A stretch of 63,421 nt of DNA, filler included, from Hyphochytrium catenoides (taxonomy: Eukaryota; Protista; Hyphochytriomycota): assembly GCA_900088475.1 (NCBI GenBank). It is 6 parts of 6 records of this genome, joined end to end, with 100 filler letters (N's around TTAATTAATTAA, not from the genome) between each part and the next. Parts side by side here need not be neighbours in the genome. Positions count along the whole stretch, not along the records: positions 37,158 to 48,154 come from FLMG01000145.1; positions 48,255 to 55,345 come from FLMG01002603.1; 4 more parts are not named here. One strand, 5' to 3'. The position numbers and the translations under genes were made by a program. Below the pieces are notes generated by a model that was not told the DNA's origin, made no database searches, and worked only from the letters and a program-made list of their open reading frames with translations. This document shows, piece by piece, positions 37,158-49,869 of this stretch. Position 1 is the first letter of the stretch, and every line of letters starts with the position of its first letter.

Positions 37158-39109
37158 CCGTATCTCAGATCTTCGGAGCCACGAGCGAACTCACAGGTAC
37201 GAGCAGTCATATTGCATAAACTTGAGTGCACCATTTAACTCTCTGTGAGAGAAGTTAGTGGCTCCCTGCGTCATCTCTGTATCTCGCTCGCTCTGTCGCC
37301 GCTCTACTTTGTATCACCTCTGTTTGTGTCTCTCTTTCCCCTCTCTCTCTCTCTCTCTCTCCGTCTCTCTCTCTCTCTGTTTCTCTTTCTCTATCTGACG
37401 CTGGAAGCTTGGGAGTGACCGCCGCCTCGTCTCTGATCTCCACAAACAGCTCAGAAAAGCGCTTTAAATGCACCTATCCTCTTTGCACCAAGCAATTCCA
37501 TCGAAAGCGCGACTTGGTGAAGCATCAAAAGGTTCATCTCAAGCGCAAGGCAGAAGCTGCTGAGCTGAACCCTCTCCCAGGTAGCTGATCGCGTCACGAC
37601 AGGACACTTTTCAAGACAGTGCTCTCGGTCTTTCTCTCTCTTTCTCCCTCACTCTTGCTTGCCTTTTTGTTCTATGCCTCTCTCAACCCACCCGTACCCT
37701 CCTTGATAACTTGTCCTCTTCTTTTTATTCTTGCCAATGGGAATCCTTGTTCACTACAGAGCCCAAGCGGACACCATTGACGTCAGGAGCGTGGGCACCA
37801 GACTTGGCCCCGTCAAAGGCGTCAGTCGCCGCCCCCGAGCCTCCGGAAGCAGCGCCTGCGCCATTGGAGGCTCCCATGGAAGCTTCTTCAACCACCAGCA
37901 CCGATGGAAGCGACTCTGCTGGGCACAAGCATGGAGCAGGATGCGGACACTCTGCAGGTAGCTACTTAGTGGGCCACACAGAGACCATGAACTCAGAGAA
38001 AGAGAGAACAGAACCTAAGCTGAAAACGGAAGGATGCTAACTTGCTGGAGAGAAATGAAAAGAAAGGCGCAAGCTTTATAGACCAAGGAGACGCGGAAGA
38101 CTCTAGCATGTTCATTCGCTAACCCACGAATCTCGATGCTTTCTGATAGTTCTCCACGACGGGCACATGGACTTCCTACTAGAGGATGGCACATTGGACT
38201 GCGGCGTCAGCTTTCAGGACATTAACGAAGTCCTTGCGTCTCTCAGCTGCGGCGAGTGTCGATTACCTGCTAGCAACACCAGTGGGGAGTCCTCAACAAC
38301 CCCTGCGGTTGACAAGGAAGCACAGGAAGCACAAGATAGGTAGGTTAAGCACTCTGCGAACTAGTCTGCAGCCAAAGGAGAGGACACTTTTGAAGATGTC
38401 TTGTCATAGAATCAAGCCTCAGCTAGCGCTAACCAATGTTGTCCTCAGGCCTAGTGCCACGCTTTTGACGACAGGCTCGGAAGATGGGACCCCTATCTTG
38501 GGCTCGTCTTCAGGAGAGAAGACGAACTTTTTTGACACGATAGCCCTACCCAAGCCTTTCCCCTGGTTCAGAGAAGAACCCAAGCCTTCCGAGGAGACAG
38601 AGAGTAACTTAGGAAGGAGTCAGTTAGAGGAAAGGGTAGCTCCTAGTGCACTCCATCGTCACTGCTCGCCAGTGACGCAACCAGGAGAAGACAGCACACA
38701 CCACCACCACAGGGAGGACTGTGGGCATATCCCAGTGACTCATTTAGACCACGTAGACTTTATTGTGGGAGGCAAGCTCGTCCATCAACTGGGCTGTGGG
38801 CATGTCCGCACCCACGGGTCCATCAGGTCAGCGAGAGCTTTCTTCTCCGCTATGCACACTCTTCATCTTACTTCCCGTACCAGTCATGGTGTTAGCCCTT
38901 CCTCGCCTTACTCCTGCTGTCGCCTATGGCCATCTTGCCATCCGTTAGGTTATCGCTCACTCTTCCCTGCCTTTTTTGAGCATCTGTACGTTCCCAACCT
39001 TCTGCAAGGCTGGCTCTATTCCTTCTAACCTGGTTGTGCTATTCTCTGCAGGCTCCTTGACGACGACGTCTTGCGCTTTATCGATGCTCTAGAGCAATTG
39101 AAGCAATAG
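37158..39109 (+). CDS. C2H2 zinc-finger protein with His/Cys-rich repeats, 5'-truncated at contig edge (exons ..37196, 37450-37580, ~37760-37957, ~38150-38340, ~38449-38827, ~39052-39109)
   Basis: SDLRSHERTH|SSEKRFKCTYPLCTKQFHRKRDLVKHQKVH gives tandem C2H2 fingers. Later exons give GHKHGAGCGHSAVLHDGHMDFLLEDGTLDC and HHHHREDCGHIPVTHLDHVDFIVGGKLVHQLGCGHVRTHG. GT-AG junctions keep the frame. Confidence 0.8.
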
Positions 39110-39296
39110 CGAAGCAGGGCCTAGGATACCTGACGGGAAGGAGACATATTGACGTCTCCAGTTTTGCCTTTCGACTTATCTCAGAGCTAGAATTGAGCAT
39201 TATTTATTGGTCTATCACATGGTTTGCTGTACAAACTTTATCCCTTGGTTGCTACTCTCACTTCGTCGACCTTCTCGTCTTCCCTTTCTCTGGGCT

Positions 39297-39527
39297 GGTC
39301 GCTGTCGGTGATACGCTTGGAAGGTTAGTCTCTAGATTCTGTTGCCAGAAGCTTAAAGAAGAGATACAGAGCATCTTGATGCCCCTACAAGTCGGTGTTG
39401 GAGCTCCTGGAGGCTCTGAAGCTGTCATTCACTCTGTCAGGCATTTGCTTGAGAAGCTTAAGGACGTACCAGGCACGGTGTTATTAGAGGTTGACTTTAG
39501 TAACGCTTTTAAACACTGTTGATCGTT
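39297..39527 (+). mobile_element. Reverse-transcriptase fragment of a CRE-like non-LTR retrotransposon
   Basis: AVGDTLGRLVSR...LMPLQVGVGAPGGSEAVIHSVR...LLEVDFSNAF(N)TVDR matches RT domains 2-3 of this group; frameshift at the end. Confidence 0.85.
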
Positions 39528-40382
39528 CGATGGAGACTGTGGTGTCTGCGTGCAGGGCGGACAGCCTCATCGCCCGCTGCACTCTCTTGCTGCGCCGCCT
39601 GGGCCGCTGAGCTGTCGGCTGCTGGGCGGTTGGCCGTGAGCTCGTGAGCTTGATAGTCTGATCCTAGGAAGAGGAAGGAAGGAAGACGGGGGAAGGGAAA
39701 AAAACGGACAAACTGAACTTCACCTTCAAGCTTCTCAAACATCTTTTGGCCCCTTGGGCCTTGGGTCGCCAGACCCTTATTAGCTGCTAATGCATTAGCC
39801 ATACTAATCATAAATAAAGAGTAGGCCTATTGTTTATATTATGGAACGAATATGCTAATCAAAGATATTGGTTTATCTGGGTGAGTGTCTTGAATATTGT
39901 GGATTATGGGTCATGTGAAGCGACTTGACAAGGGCGACGAAGATCGACAGCGCTTGAGCTCCAGCTCCAGGTCCTGCGTCGAGCCTCAGCCAAAGCTCTG
40001 GAAGACCAAGCCTTGCAGCGCTAGGACTGTGAAGCCCTAAGGGTCTTACTCTAGACCGTCCGGACGCTGAAGCTCTGACGCTCTGGCTAGTAGGCGCTGG
40101 GACTGTGAAGCTGTACAGATCTAAGGTTTTGTGGGACGTCTGGCTGTGAAAATGCTGACGATCTGATATATGTCGAAGACACGACATCGTGAAGCCTGAC
40201 AGTTTGACGGACCGAACTGCTAAATCTTTACGGACTCAAAGTCCTTATGCTCTGTTGCTCTTCTTTCACATCCAGGAAGCTCCATCGCGTACATTTACTG
40301 CCGAGAAACATCTGCCTTACTCATCAAGTCAGAGGAAGAGAGAGAGAGACATACTCTGTGACCTTGAGCATCCCAGGTCGAT

Positions 40383-42441
40383 ATGATTCGCCAAGGAGCG
40401 CGTGTTTGGAGACCGTCATCCCTTCCATCCAGAGCCGGGGCATGCCCATCTTATGGCCGCCTCTGCAAGTCCATCGCTGCCCCAATAACTGTCACTGCAC
40501 CACCAAAACTCATCGGCACTCTTCGGGCATCATCCACAGCACACCCAGCCCAGGCCGACAGCGGAGAAAAGCAAAGAAAGGCAGATGTCAAGCTAGACCT
40601 TAACCATGTGACCGCAGCCTTTGAGCTCAAGTCAGACTTCGAATTACGTCGCGCTCTCCTTGTCTTCAAGCTCTGTGGCCTCCCTTGGCTCGTCAGACAC
40701 AGCCGACAACTCACAGATCTTTCGTACAAGATCCTTGGCAGAAAGATCACCGACTACATGCTAAAGCTTACATTCTTCGGCCATTTCTGCGCTGGAGAAG
40801 ACGGAGAAGACATCCAGCCCGTCATCGAGAAGCTCAAAAAGGCAGGGATTGGTTCTATCCTGGACTACGCAGCGGAAGCGGACGTAGCCAAGCCTCGAGA
40901 TGTGGATGTAAGAGACCTGATCACTGCGAAGACCTATGATTATAGAGATGAAGAGCTTTGTGACGCTAATGCAGACATCAGTATGATGGCCATCAAGGTA
41001 GGGCCGTGGCTCTCATGATCCTCGCTCTTCAGTCTCTTTGAAATCTGTCTACCCTCTCTACGCACTAAACTTCAGTGTATTTCTCTTTTCTTTCTCCCAT
41101 CTCTCCCACTTCGCATTCTTCTTCTCTCTGCCTTTCTCTCTCTCTCTGCTTTCTCTCTCTCTCTCTCTCCCTCTCTTTTGTCTCTCTCTTTCTCTCTCGT
41201 CTTCTTCTTCTTCCTCCTTCGGTTTCTCTGCTCTTGCTCTCTCTCTCCTCCCAAGCTATTTATTTATCTTTGACTCCTGGACAGAAGCGGGTCTACCTAC
41301 TATCCTAACCTTCTGCTTCCTTTCTTTTCTTGATGCTCTCTTACGGGTCTTCTCTATCTGTTCTCTCTAGGCTGCAGGCCGTGGCGGCTTTGCAGCTGTA
41401 AAGCTTACTGCCCTTGGGAAGCCTGAGTTCCTGCAGCATGTCTCCACTATCCTGCACGAGACAAGACGAACCTTCAGGCGTCTGGTCTATCCAGGGACTA
41501 GAGAGAGTGATATGCCGTCCTCTTCGTATTTGGAGGTGAGCCCCGGCTGGACAATGAAGGGGAGTTGGCATGTCAATGAAGACAGAGGTCGCGTCAAAAG
41601 AGAGAGAGAAAGAACAAGATAGCTGAAGTTGACGTAGCACCAGGCAAGAGATAGCTAGTCAGCCGTTCTGGCTACGAAAGTGATGGTAAAAAGATTCAAG
41701 GGCAGTCTATGGCTTCCAAGTTAAGGGAACGGGAAGAAATGACATCACCTTTGCTTCTCCCCGCCTCCTTTGCTCAGAAGTCTAACTGCTTCCCTTTTGC
41801 CTCAGAGGTTGATCAACTTTGAGCAGTTCAAGTTAGGAGTGCAGCTCTCTTCTATCAATCTCTCCGATCAAGAGTTGCGGTCTCTCTTCGACAAGATGAA
41901 CACTCATGAGCAGCAAGACGGCCTGATTGACTATGTTGAGTGGACGAGCTACCTTGACCCCATCACTCTCTCTCTTGGGGAGCTCTCTGGTGCAAGGCAG
42001 GGCCCGCAACTGAATGAACAGGAGGTTGTGCAGGTAAAGGCCTAATCTTCTTAGCTTCCTCGTTTAGCGACTAATCGTCCGGTGCGGTCACTCTCTCAGT
42101 ATATCTCTCTCTCACTTCTGTCTTTGCCAGTAGCTTCCCTCCGGACGAACCTATCACTTCTTCGTATTATATGTCCTCCTAGAACCTTCTCTTGTCCGTT
42201 AATCTCTCAGCTGTGTGGCCTCAGAACGTTGACTATCCTTCTCTTACAATGTCCTGGCAGATGAAGAATATGATTAATAGACTTGAGAGGCTTGCACAAG
42301 CTGCAGACGACCATGGAGTCATGCTCCTGATAGACGCGGAACAGGTAACCGTAGACAAGGCAAAGAGAGTAGGGAGTGACAGTACAACAAGACAAGACAG
42401 GGATCTATAAAGGGACTAATTGACAAGAGAGAGGGGAGAGC

Positions 42442-42473
<32 letters not shown>

Positions 42474-44048
42474 CGAAATCGAGAGGGCTAGTCTGAAGGA
42501 AGACAATATTGGCGGCTGATCCTCACACTTCTTCTCTCCTCTCCCATCCCATCAGACCTACTTTCAGCCCGCCATAGATCATCTGGTTGTCAACCTTCAG
42601 AGGAAGTTTAACCGTCAGCGGCCCGTCATCTTCAACACTTTCCAATGCTATCTCACCGACTCTGCAGGAAGAATCGAGGTCAGAAAGCTCTCCCATAGCC
42701 TGAGATAAACGGTCTCAGCTGTAGAAAAGAGTTTGGGTTGAGACAGGAGGAACCTTATCACGAGAAAAGAGAGACCCACACGGTAGATAGACAGATAGAT
42801 AGATATGATTTGATAGATAGAGAGAAACGGGGTTAGAGAGAGAGAGAGAGAGGGAGAGAGCAAAAGAAAGAAAGAGAGAGAGAAAGAGAGTCGTAGGTGG
42901 AACCGGAGACCGGCTGAGACACGAGAGCATAGAGATTGACCAACAGCTAAGCCATTAGACAGGAGCAGAGCTTTTTTGGCTAGACCTAGCGAAGTTCACT
43001 AAGCTCTCTCTCTCTCTCTCTCTCTTCTCCCGCCCGTCTCAATCCTGTGTTGCAGATCGACCTCGAACGAGCGAAGAGAGAAGGCTTCTTGTTTGCCTGT
43101 AAGCTTGTTCGCGGAGCGTACCAGGTGCAGGAGAGGAAGAGAGCGGAGGAGCTAGGGTACAACGATCCCATTCAACCCACGAAGGAAGCGACAGACGCGA
43201 ACTACAACGCGATGATCAAGCTGCTGGTGGAGCACAGCGGACTAGCAAGCTTCATGGTCGCCTCACACAATGAGAAGTCAGTGCTCAGGACTGCGCAGCT
43301 GATGGAGGAGAAGGGCATCCCTAGACAAGGTAAGAGAGAGAGAGAGAGAGAGATGATGAAGAAGATGGGAGAGGACGTCTCTCTCGTGTCCTGTCGACAT
43401 TCTTCTTGGCCCTGAATAGCTCTCTCTCTCTGAAGTTCCTGCAGCGTTTCTTGCTTGTGGCCCCAATAGGGCTCTAGCTCTTCTCTCTTGTCTTTCTCTT
43501 TTCTTCTCGTTCTTCGCCGCGGATTCACCCTCTGAGTTCTGTCGCTTGTTCTATCGTCCACACTTCAGCGCTTGAGCGCCCCAACTGTCATTCATCGTCT
43601 TCCGTATTACGTGCTAACTCCCTTTCTCTCTCTCTCTCTCCCTCTCTCTTTCTCTTCATCTTTCTCTCCCGCTCTTCCTCCCACTCTATCCTTCCTATCC
43701 TCTGCACACCCTCCGCTTCTCCGTCCATAACCTCTCTCTCTTTCGCTCTCTTCCTCCCATTGTCGTTGTCTCTCCTGCTACTCACGATGCCCAACGACTC
43801 TTCCTGAAGGCGGTGGGATCTACTTTGGTCAGCTGCTGGGCATGTGCGATCATATCACCTACAGTCTGGGCCACGCGGGGTACAGCGCCTACAAGTATGT
43901 TCCCTATGGGCCGGTGCACGAGGTGGTGCCGTACCTGGTGCGCCGCGCGCAGGAAAACTCAGATCTGATGGGCAGTGTAGGCAAGGAACTGACCCTTCTG
44001 AAGGCCGAACTCAAGCGGAGGAGGGGCAACGTGTTGCTTCGCTCTTGA
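40383..44048 (+). CDS. PRODH: Mitochondrial proline dehydrogenase with EF-hand insertion, 7 exons
   Basis: R/S-rich transit peptide; TFFGHFCAGE, ILDYAAEAD, AAVKLTALG, LLIDAEQ|TYFQPAID, IFNTFQCYL, KLVRGAY, MVASHNEKS, FGQLLGMCDH, YKYVPYGPVHEVVPYLVRRAQEN. Confidence 0.96.
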
Positions 44049-44446
44049 GGAAAGAGAGAGAGAGAGAGAGAGAGAGAATGGGATGGCCGAGGTGAACTCT
44101 ATCTATATCATAATCTTATGAAGTTATAGAGAAATAGAGCTTCAGCATGGGGCAGGGAGCTGTCAGCTCTCGTCAGTCGTGCTGTTTCTTTTTCTCTAAA
44201 TGAGAGAGAGAGAGAGTATCCTGACCTCGCACTTTGTTTCCGTTCTCTCTGCCGCTCTCTCTCTCTCGCTTCGTCCTCTCAATGTCTCCCCTTTTCATTC
44301 CCTAGTTGCCGCTTCGCGAGTACTTGCTCATACAATCTTCTCATCGAAGATCTCTATTTTCGGCCCTCTCTCTTAGGCTCCCTTGCTGGGTCCTCCTGAC
44401 GTCTCTCCGTCCAACCTATCTCTTTTTTACTCTCTCTCTATGTGTC

Positions 44447-44478
<32 letters not shown>

Positions 44479-44939
44479 TGTCTCTGTCTCTCTGTCTCCC
44501 TCTCTCTCTTCCTCTCAGTTTCTCTCTCTCCCTCCCCCTCTCTTTCTCTCCCTCTCTTTCTCTCTCTTTCTCTCTCCCTCCCTCTCTCAATTTCTCTCTC
44601 TCTCCCCCCTCTCTCCCTCTCCCCTTCTCACTCTCCCTCTCTCTCCCCTTCTCTCTCCCTCTCCCCCTCTCTCCCTCTCCCCTTCTCTCTCGCTCGCTTG
44701 CTCTTTCTCTCTCCCTCCCTCTCTCTCTCTCTCTCTCCATCCATTTGTCACTCCAACCGTCAGAAGAAAACCCACAGGATCCAGGTGTCCAACAAAGGGA
44801 TGACCCTGGGCGTGGTAAGGGGCGTCACCCCCTGTACTATAGTGATTCTGTTGGGGGTTCCCTCCTAGGATGTGGGGATCATCACCTTTAGAAGGTCCCT
44901 GAAGGTTGTGATGGTCCCATGGTCGTGCCGTCATAAACT

Positions 44940-44991
<52 letters not shown>

Positions 44992-45114
44992 CCCCCTCTT
45001 TCTCTCTTCCCTTCTACTCTTTCTTTTCTAAAATTGCACTCGACACTGACCTCCTCTCCGCCGACCAGTCCTCCTACACTTTCAGCCTCACATCAGCCTA
45101 GTGAGCAATCATCA

Positions 45115-45151
<37 letters not shown>

Positions 45152-45399
45152 AGGAGAAGGGTAGAAAGACAGAGAATAGGGGAGAGAGAGGGAGACAGGA
45201 GGATAGAGAGAAAAAAGATAAGCACCAAAGAAGAAAGACGCGGAGCCTTTCATACTCTCCCAGAGGCGAGGAAGTCACAACTACTTGCTCAATCACGCTC
45301 TGAGACAGCGCTGTGAGAAGGCATTGTTGACTGTTCCCGGAGACAGAGAGAGAGAGAGAAACGTCTGCGAGACAGCGATAGAGAGGACAGAGCGGCACC

Positions 45400-45936
45400 A
45401 TGGCAGCCATACCCTTTGAGCAGACTGGCACCGGAGGTACGTAGAGATGATGAATCTTCCCCTCTCACTCTTTCTCTCTGTTTGTCTTTCTCTTTCCTGG
45501 TTACTCTCTCTTTCTCTCTCTCTCTCTCTCTTCGGTCTCCCACTGAGGCCCTCTCTCCCGCCGCTGCTACGTTCAGTTCTACTCCCTCTCTCTGCTCTCT
45601 CTTTCTTTCCCGCGGGGCCATTCGTGGCGTNNNNNNNNNNNNNNNNNNNNNNNNNNNNNNNNNNNNNNNNNNNNCTCTCTCTCTCTCTCTCTCCCCACAC
45701 ACACAGCGGTCTCTACCCTCCTGAACCATCTCAACATCCACTGGCTGGCCCGGACGTACCTCAGTCCTAAGCTTCACGACTTTATGTTCGCCCCAGGATC
45801 AGATCCTAGCGCTCTGTCTTTCCCTCTGATGGATCCTTTCTCTCCCGTCATTCTCTCGGTGACCTACCTCACCATCGTGGCTCTAGGGCCAAAGCTCATG
45901 AAGGAGAAGAAGCCCTTCAATGTCAAGAAGGTGAAG

Positions 45937-45974
<38 letters not shown>

Positions 45975-46259
45975 CTCCCCGATATTGTTTCTTTCTTTCT
46001 ACTTTGTGGTGTCTCCTTCTCCTCCATCACTTGACTCTCTGTCTTTTCCTACTGTCTCATTTTTCATCTTATCAGTGTTCTCCCGTACTCCTCTCCTATC
46101 TCCCACCTTCTCTCTCTCTCTCTGTCTCTCTCTCGTCTCTGTCTCTCTCTCTCTTTACTTTGTCTTCACGACTGTTCCCTGCCCGGGTTACTTCTATTCC
46201 CTTCTTTACGNNNNNNNNNNNNNNNNNNNNNNNNNNNNNNNNNNNNNNNNNNNNNNNNN

Positions 46260-46332
<73 letters not shown>

Positions 46333-46567
46333 GCCTCCTTTCTCTTCCTTGTTTGTTTCCTGGCTAACTGCGTCCTTATCAAAGGCCTGGGAAGAGTTTG
46401 ACTGGGGTCTAAAATTTGAGAAGGAGGGCTGGGCCGCGCTACGACCGTCTCTCATCTTCTGCAACTACGCAAAGAGCGCGAACAGCCCCAGTTATTTAAG
46501 GGTATGATGATGACGCAGTATAAAAGAAAGAGAGAGAGAGAAAGAAGAGAGAGAGAGAGAGAGAAAG

Positions 46568-46628
<61 letters not shown>

Positions 46629-47768
46629 ATACCTACGAGAGCCTCAGAGTGTGGGACTTGCACGAAAGCGTAGCATGAAAAGAGACGGAGATAGGGAAAG
46701 AAAGGGGTAGAGATAGAGAGTAAAGGCGAGAGAAAAAGAGAGTAAGAAGAGAATAGATGGTCAACCAAGTTGGTGCGAATAGCCAAGGCAGAAGAAAGAG
46801 AGACAGAGAAAGACAGAGAGGAAGAGACACAGACAGAGATGAAAGAGAGATACGAAGAGGAGAAATGATGGCAGCATCAAGGGACCAGAGTCANNNNNNN
46901 NNNNNNNNNNNNNNNNNNNNNNNNNNNNNNNNNNNGAGAGTGGACAGACGGAGGAGAAGAGAAAAGAAAATAGTAGAGACAAGCACGAAGAGAGGGAGGA
47001 GACACAGGAGGAAGAGAGGAAACGATTACGTAAATGTTAGGGAGAGGCAAGGAAAGGGTCGTAAAGCATCTGACGACCTATCTTTTGTTGTCCTCTTCCT
47101 GTTCCTCTCTCTCTTTATCTTTCTCTCTCTCTCCTCACTCTCTCTCTCTCTCCATACCAGTTTATCATGATCCTTAAGAAGAACTTCCACCAGATCTCCT
47201 TCTTGCACGTCTATCATCACGCCACCACTTTCTTCCCGACGTGGTATCTTAACTTTGCCTATGGACCTGGAGGTTGGCACCGATCCCTGCACTAGCTCGC
47301 TATTTTGATAGGTTGCTAAGCTTCGTCTCTCCCTTTTGGTTCCTTACTTTCTCTGTCTCCCTTAAACTATCTCTCTCCCCATCTCTCTTTCCCTGTCTCT
47401 TCTTTTCTGCTCTGTCACTTGGGACTCTGCCTTCATCTGCTGCAGGCGATGAGTACTTTTGCTGCTTCTTGAACTCCCTGGTAAGTACTTCCGTCCTGCA
47501 CTTCTCTCCTCGCCACATGAACTGACTTAAGCTAAGAAAGAGAGAGAGAGAGGGAAAAGAAAGCAAAGAGGAACAACGAGGATAGAAGCAAAATGCCTAC
47601 ATAGCTCTTCCGCATCGGCTCACGTTCTTTCGGTGCTTGCCAGGTGCATGTCTTTATGTATGGCTACTATTTCCTCGCCAGCTTTGGCATCAGAGCACCG
47701 TGGAAGCCATACATCACACAGTTCCAAATGATTCAGGTACTATTTCTGACCCTTACGCCCATTAAGTT

Positions 47769-47849
<81 letters not shown>

Positions 47850-47986
47850 TTTCTGTCGCTTCTCCATCCCTTAAGTAGTTCGAACTGTGTCTCTTGGACT
47901 TGTAAGCCGTCCCCCAATGCAAAAGGCGTTGTGCATAACCTCTCTCTCCCCGCTTCCTGTTCAAATGCGCCCTCTTATTGCTTCTT

Positions 47987-48033
<47 letters not shown>

Positions 48034-48146
48034 TCTTCTGTCTCTCTTCCCTTCTTCATTCCTCTTTCTACCTTCCTCAAACGCTTATGGTGGTTCCCTT
48101 TATCTTTTCTTCTCTGTAGTTCTGCCTTTATATCTTCCAGGCTGTG
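45400..48146 (+). CDS. ELO/GNS1/SUR4-family fatty acid elongase, 3'-truncated, some exons probably hidden in N gaps
   Basis: Exons 45400-45436, 45707-45930, ~46385-46501, 47161-47272, ~47446-47480, 47644-47736, ~48120 onward. FIMILKKNFHQISFLHVYHHA (HxYHH box), NSLVHVFMYGYYFL, WKPYITQFQMIQF. Confidence 0.92.
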
Positions 48147-49169
48147 TACGTTATNNNNNNNNNNNNNNNNNNNNNNNNNNNNNNNNNNNNNNNNNNNNTT
48201 AATTAATTAANNNNNNNNNNNNNNNNNNNNNNNNNNNNNNNNNNNNNNNNNNNNAAGTGGGACGAAACCTTTAACTGCAGCCAGGAAATGGGAGTAGCCC
48301 GAAGGAAAAGCCCCCACATAAGGGAGAGAAGTAGCCCGGAAGCGAGCCTTCGACCGCTATCCAGGTCAGAGGAAGACAGCAAGACCTTGGCAGACGCGAA
48401 CCAAACAAAAGTTTAGACTCCTCTCGAGAGATTAAGGGAGAAAAGAAGGGCACACGTACTTCCTCGTTTTTTTGAGAAATGATGCCGTAGTTCTTCTCTG
48501 ACGCCAGTGCCACATCACTGCTCTTCTCTTTTCACTCTTTCTCTCTCACCATCATGACTCTCTTTCTTCTCTCTCTATTTATCGGAGCGTCAATTGGCCT
48601 CTATCTCTCTCTTTCTCTCCTTTCTTTCTCCCTGTCGCACTTCCGGCTCCTCATCATCTCAGTGGCTGGTGCAGGTTCTCTCCTCTCCGGGTCTTCCTCT
48701 TTTCTCGTCCTCTTCTCCTCCGACACTTTCTTTTGTGTCTCAATCTCTCTTTCCTGCCTCTTTTGCCCTTTCTCCCTTGCGATCGCACCTTTTTTCATGT
48801 CAAGTTGTCCCCTCTTTCTTTCTCTCTTCCTCTCCTTTACCATCGGCTCTCTCTTTGTCTCTCTCGCGTTCCATTCTCTCTCTCTCTGCCCAATTTTCTC
48901 TACCTCCTCTGTCTCCTCGACCTCCCTCTCAATCTTATAGTAGATTAGGATCTTTGCTGCTCATCTTCATCATCATGTCTTGATGAGGGCACGGGAAGTT
49001 CCTGCTGCCATCTGCAGGACATGACGATCGTTTTCTTAGTCTCCCTCTCTGGCTGACGCCCACTCAAGCTGCTTCTGAGACTATTATCTTCTTCTCGTCC
49101 TTCTATGTATCACTCGGGATCCGTGGAAACAAGGACAAACATCGTCCTTCATGTGTAAGGCGACGAAGA

Positions 49170-49345
49170 TGGCGCGAAAAGTGTCACGGCAGGACATTGA
49201 GCTACTCATTCGCCACCGTGCTTGACATGCACCGTTGCCAGGGCGTGTCCTTCCTACACTTTGCTTACGAGTGTGTCGCTATGAGCATCTTACGATACTC
49301 ATCATCAGAGCTCGAAGCCTTGTGGATCCTCAGAACCGCCAATAG
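49170..49345 (+). pseudogene. Possible relic of a PIF1/Helitron helicase C-terminus
   Basis: LSYSFATVLDMHRCQGVSF...AYECVAMSILR...LEALWILR loosely resembles motifs V-VI (LAYA...K.QG...YVALSR...L..L.ILR), but the spacing is shortened. Confidence 0.3.
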
Positions 49346-49869
49346 GTAGGTAGCACGACGCACGGGAAAGAAATGGAACACCCCTTTATTGCTGTTCTCT
49401 CTTTCTTTCTCTGTCATATTATCGGGCCACCGTCTCATAACCCTTCCTCTTCTTCCCTCCGTCTTTCTGAACCTCTGTCTCTTGCCCGCCCCTTCTCTCA
49501 GTTTTTAGCTTCTCTTTCTGCATTCCTTGATTATACTCTCCAGCTTAGCAGCTAGGTTTACTTCTACGCAGGAGAAGAAAGAGAAGATAAGAAGTAACAA
49601 GAGCAAGCAAGAGCTATGTCTTCTTGGTCGCTGCATCAACACTCTCTTCTCCATCATCGTCACTGGTCATGACATAGAAGGAGTCAAGGTTGTTGGTCTC
49701 CTCAGAATCAATCAACAACAGGAGACGTAGGAACGGAGGAGGTCAAGATGATGAAGCGCCGCGACCATGGGCCAGGCAAGCAAGAGAAGACTTCAACTGC
49801 TGAGGACGACTTCGCTTGATCAGAATTTTCTTCATGGATAGCCAAAGTTACCTTGGTATGTAGAGCCGT

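Noticed and set aside
398-39109. A metal-homeostasis cluster of ferroportin plus the His-rich zinc-finger gene
   Set aside because: The genes are on different contigs joined artificially.
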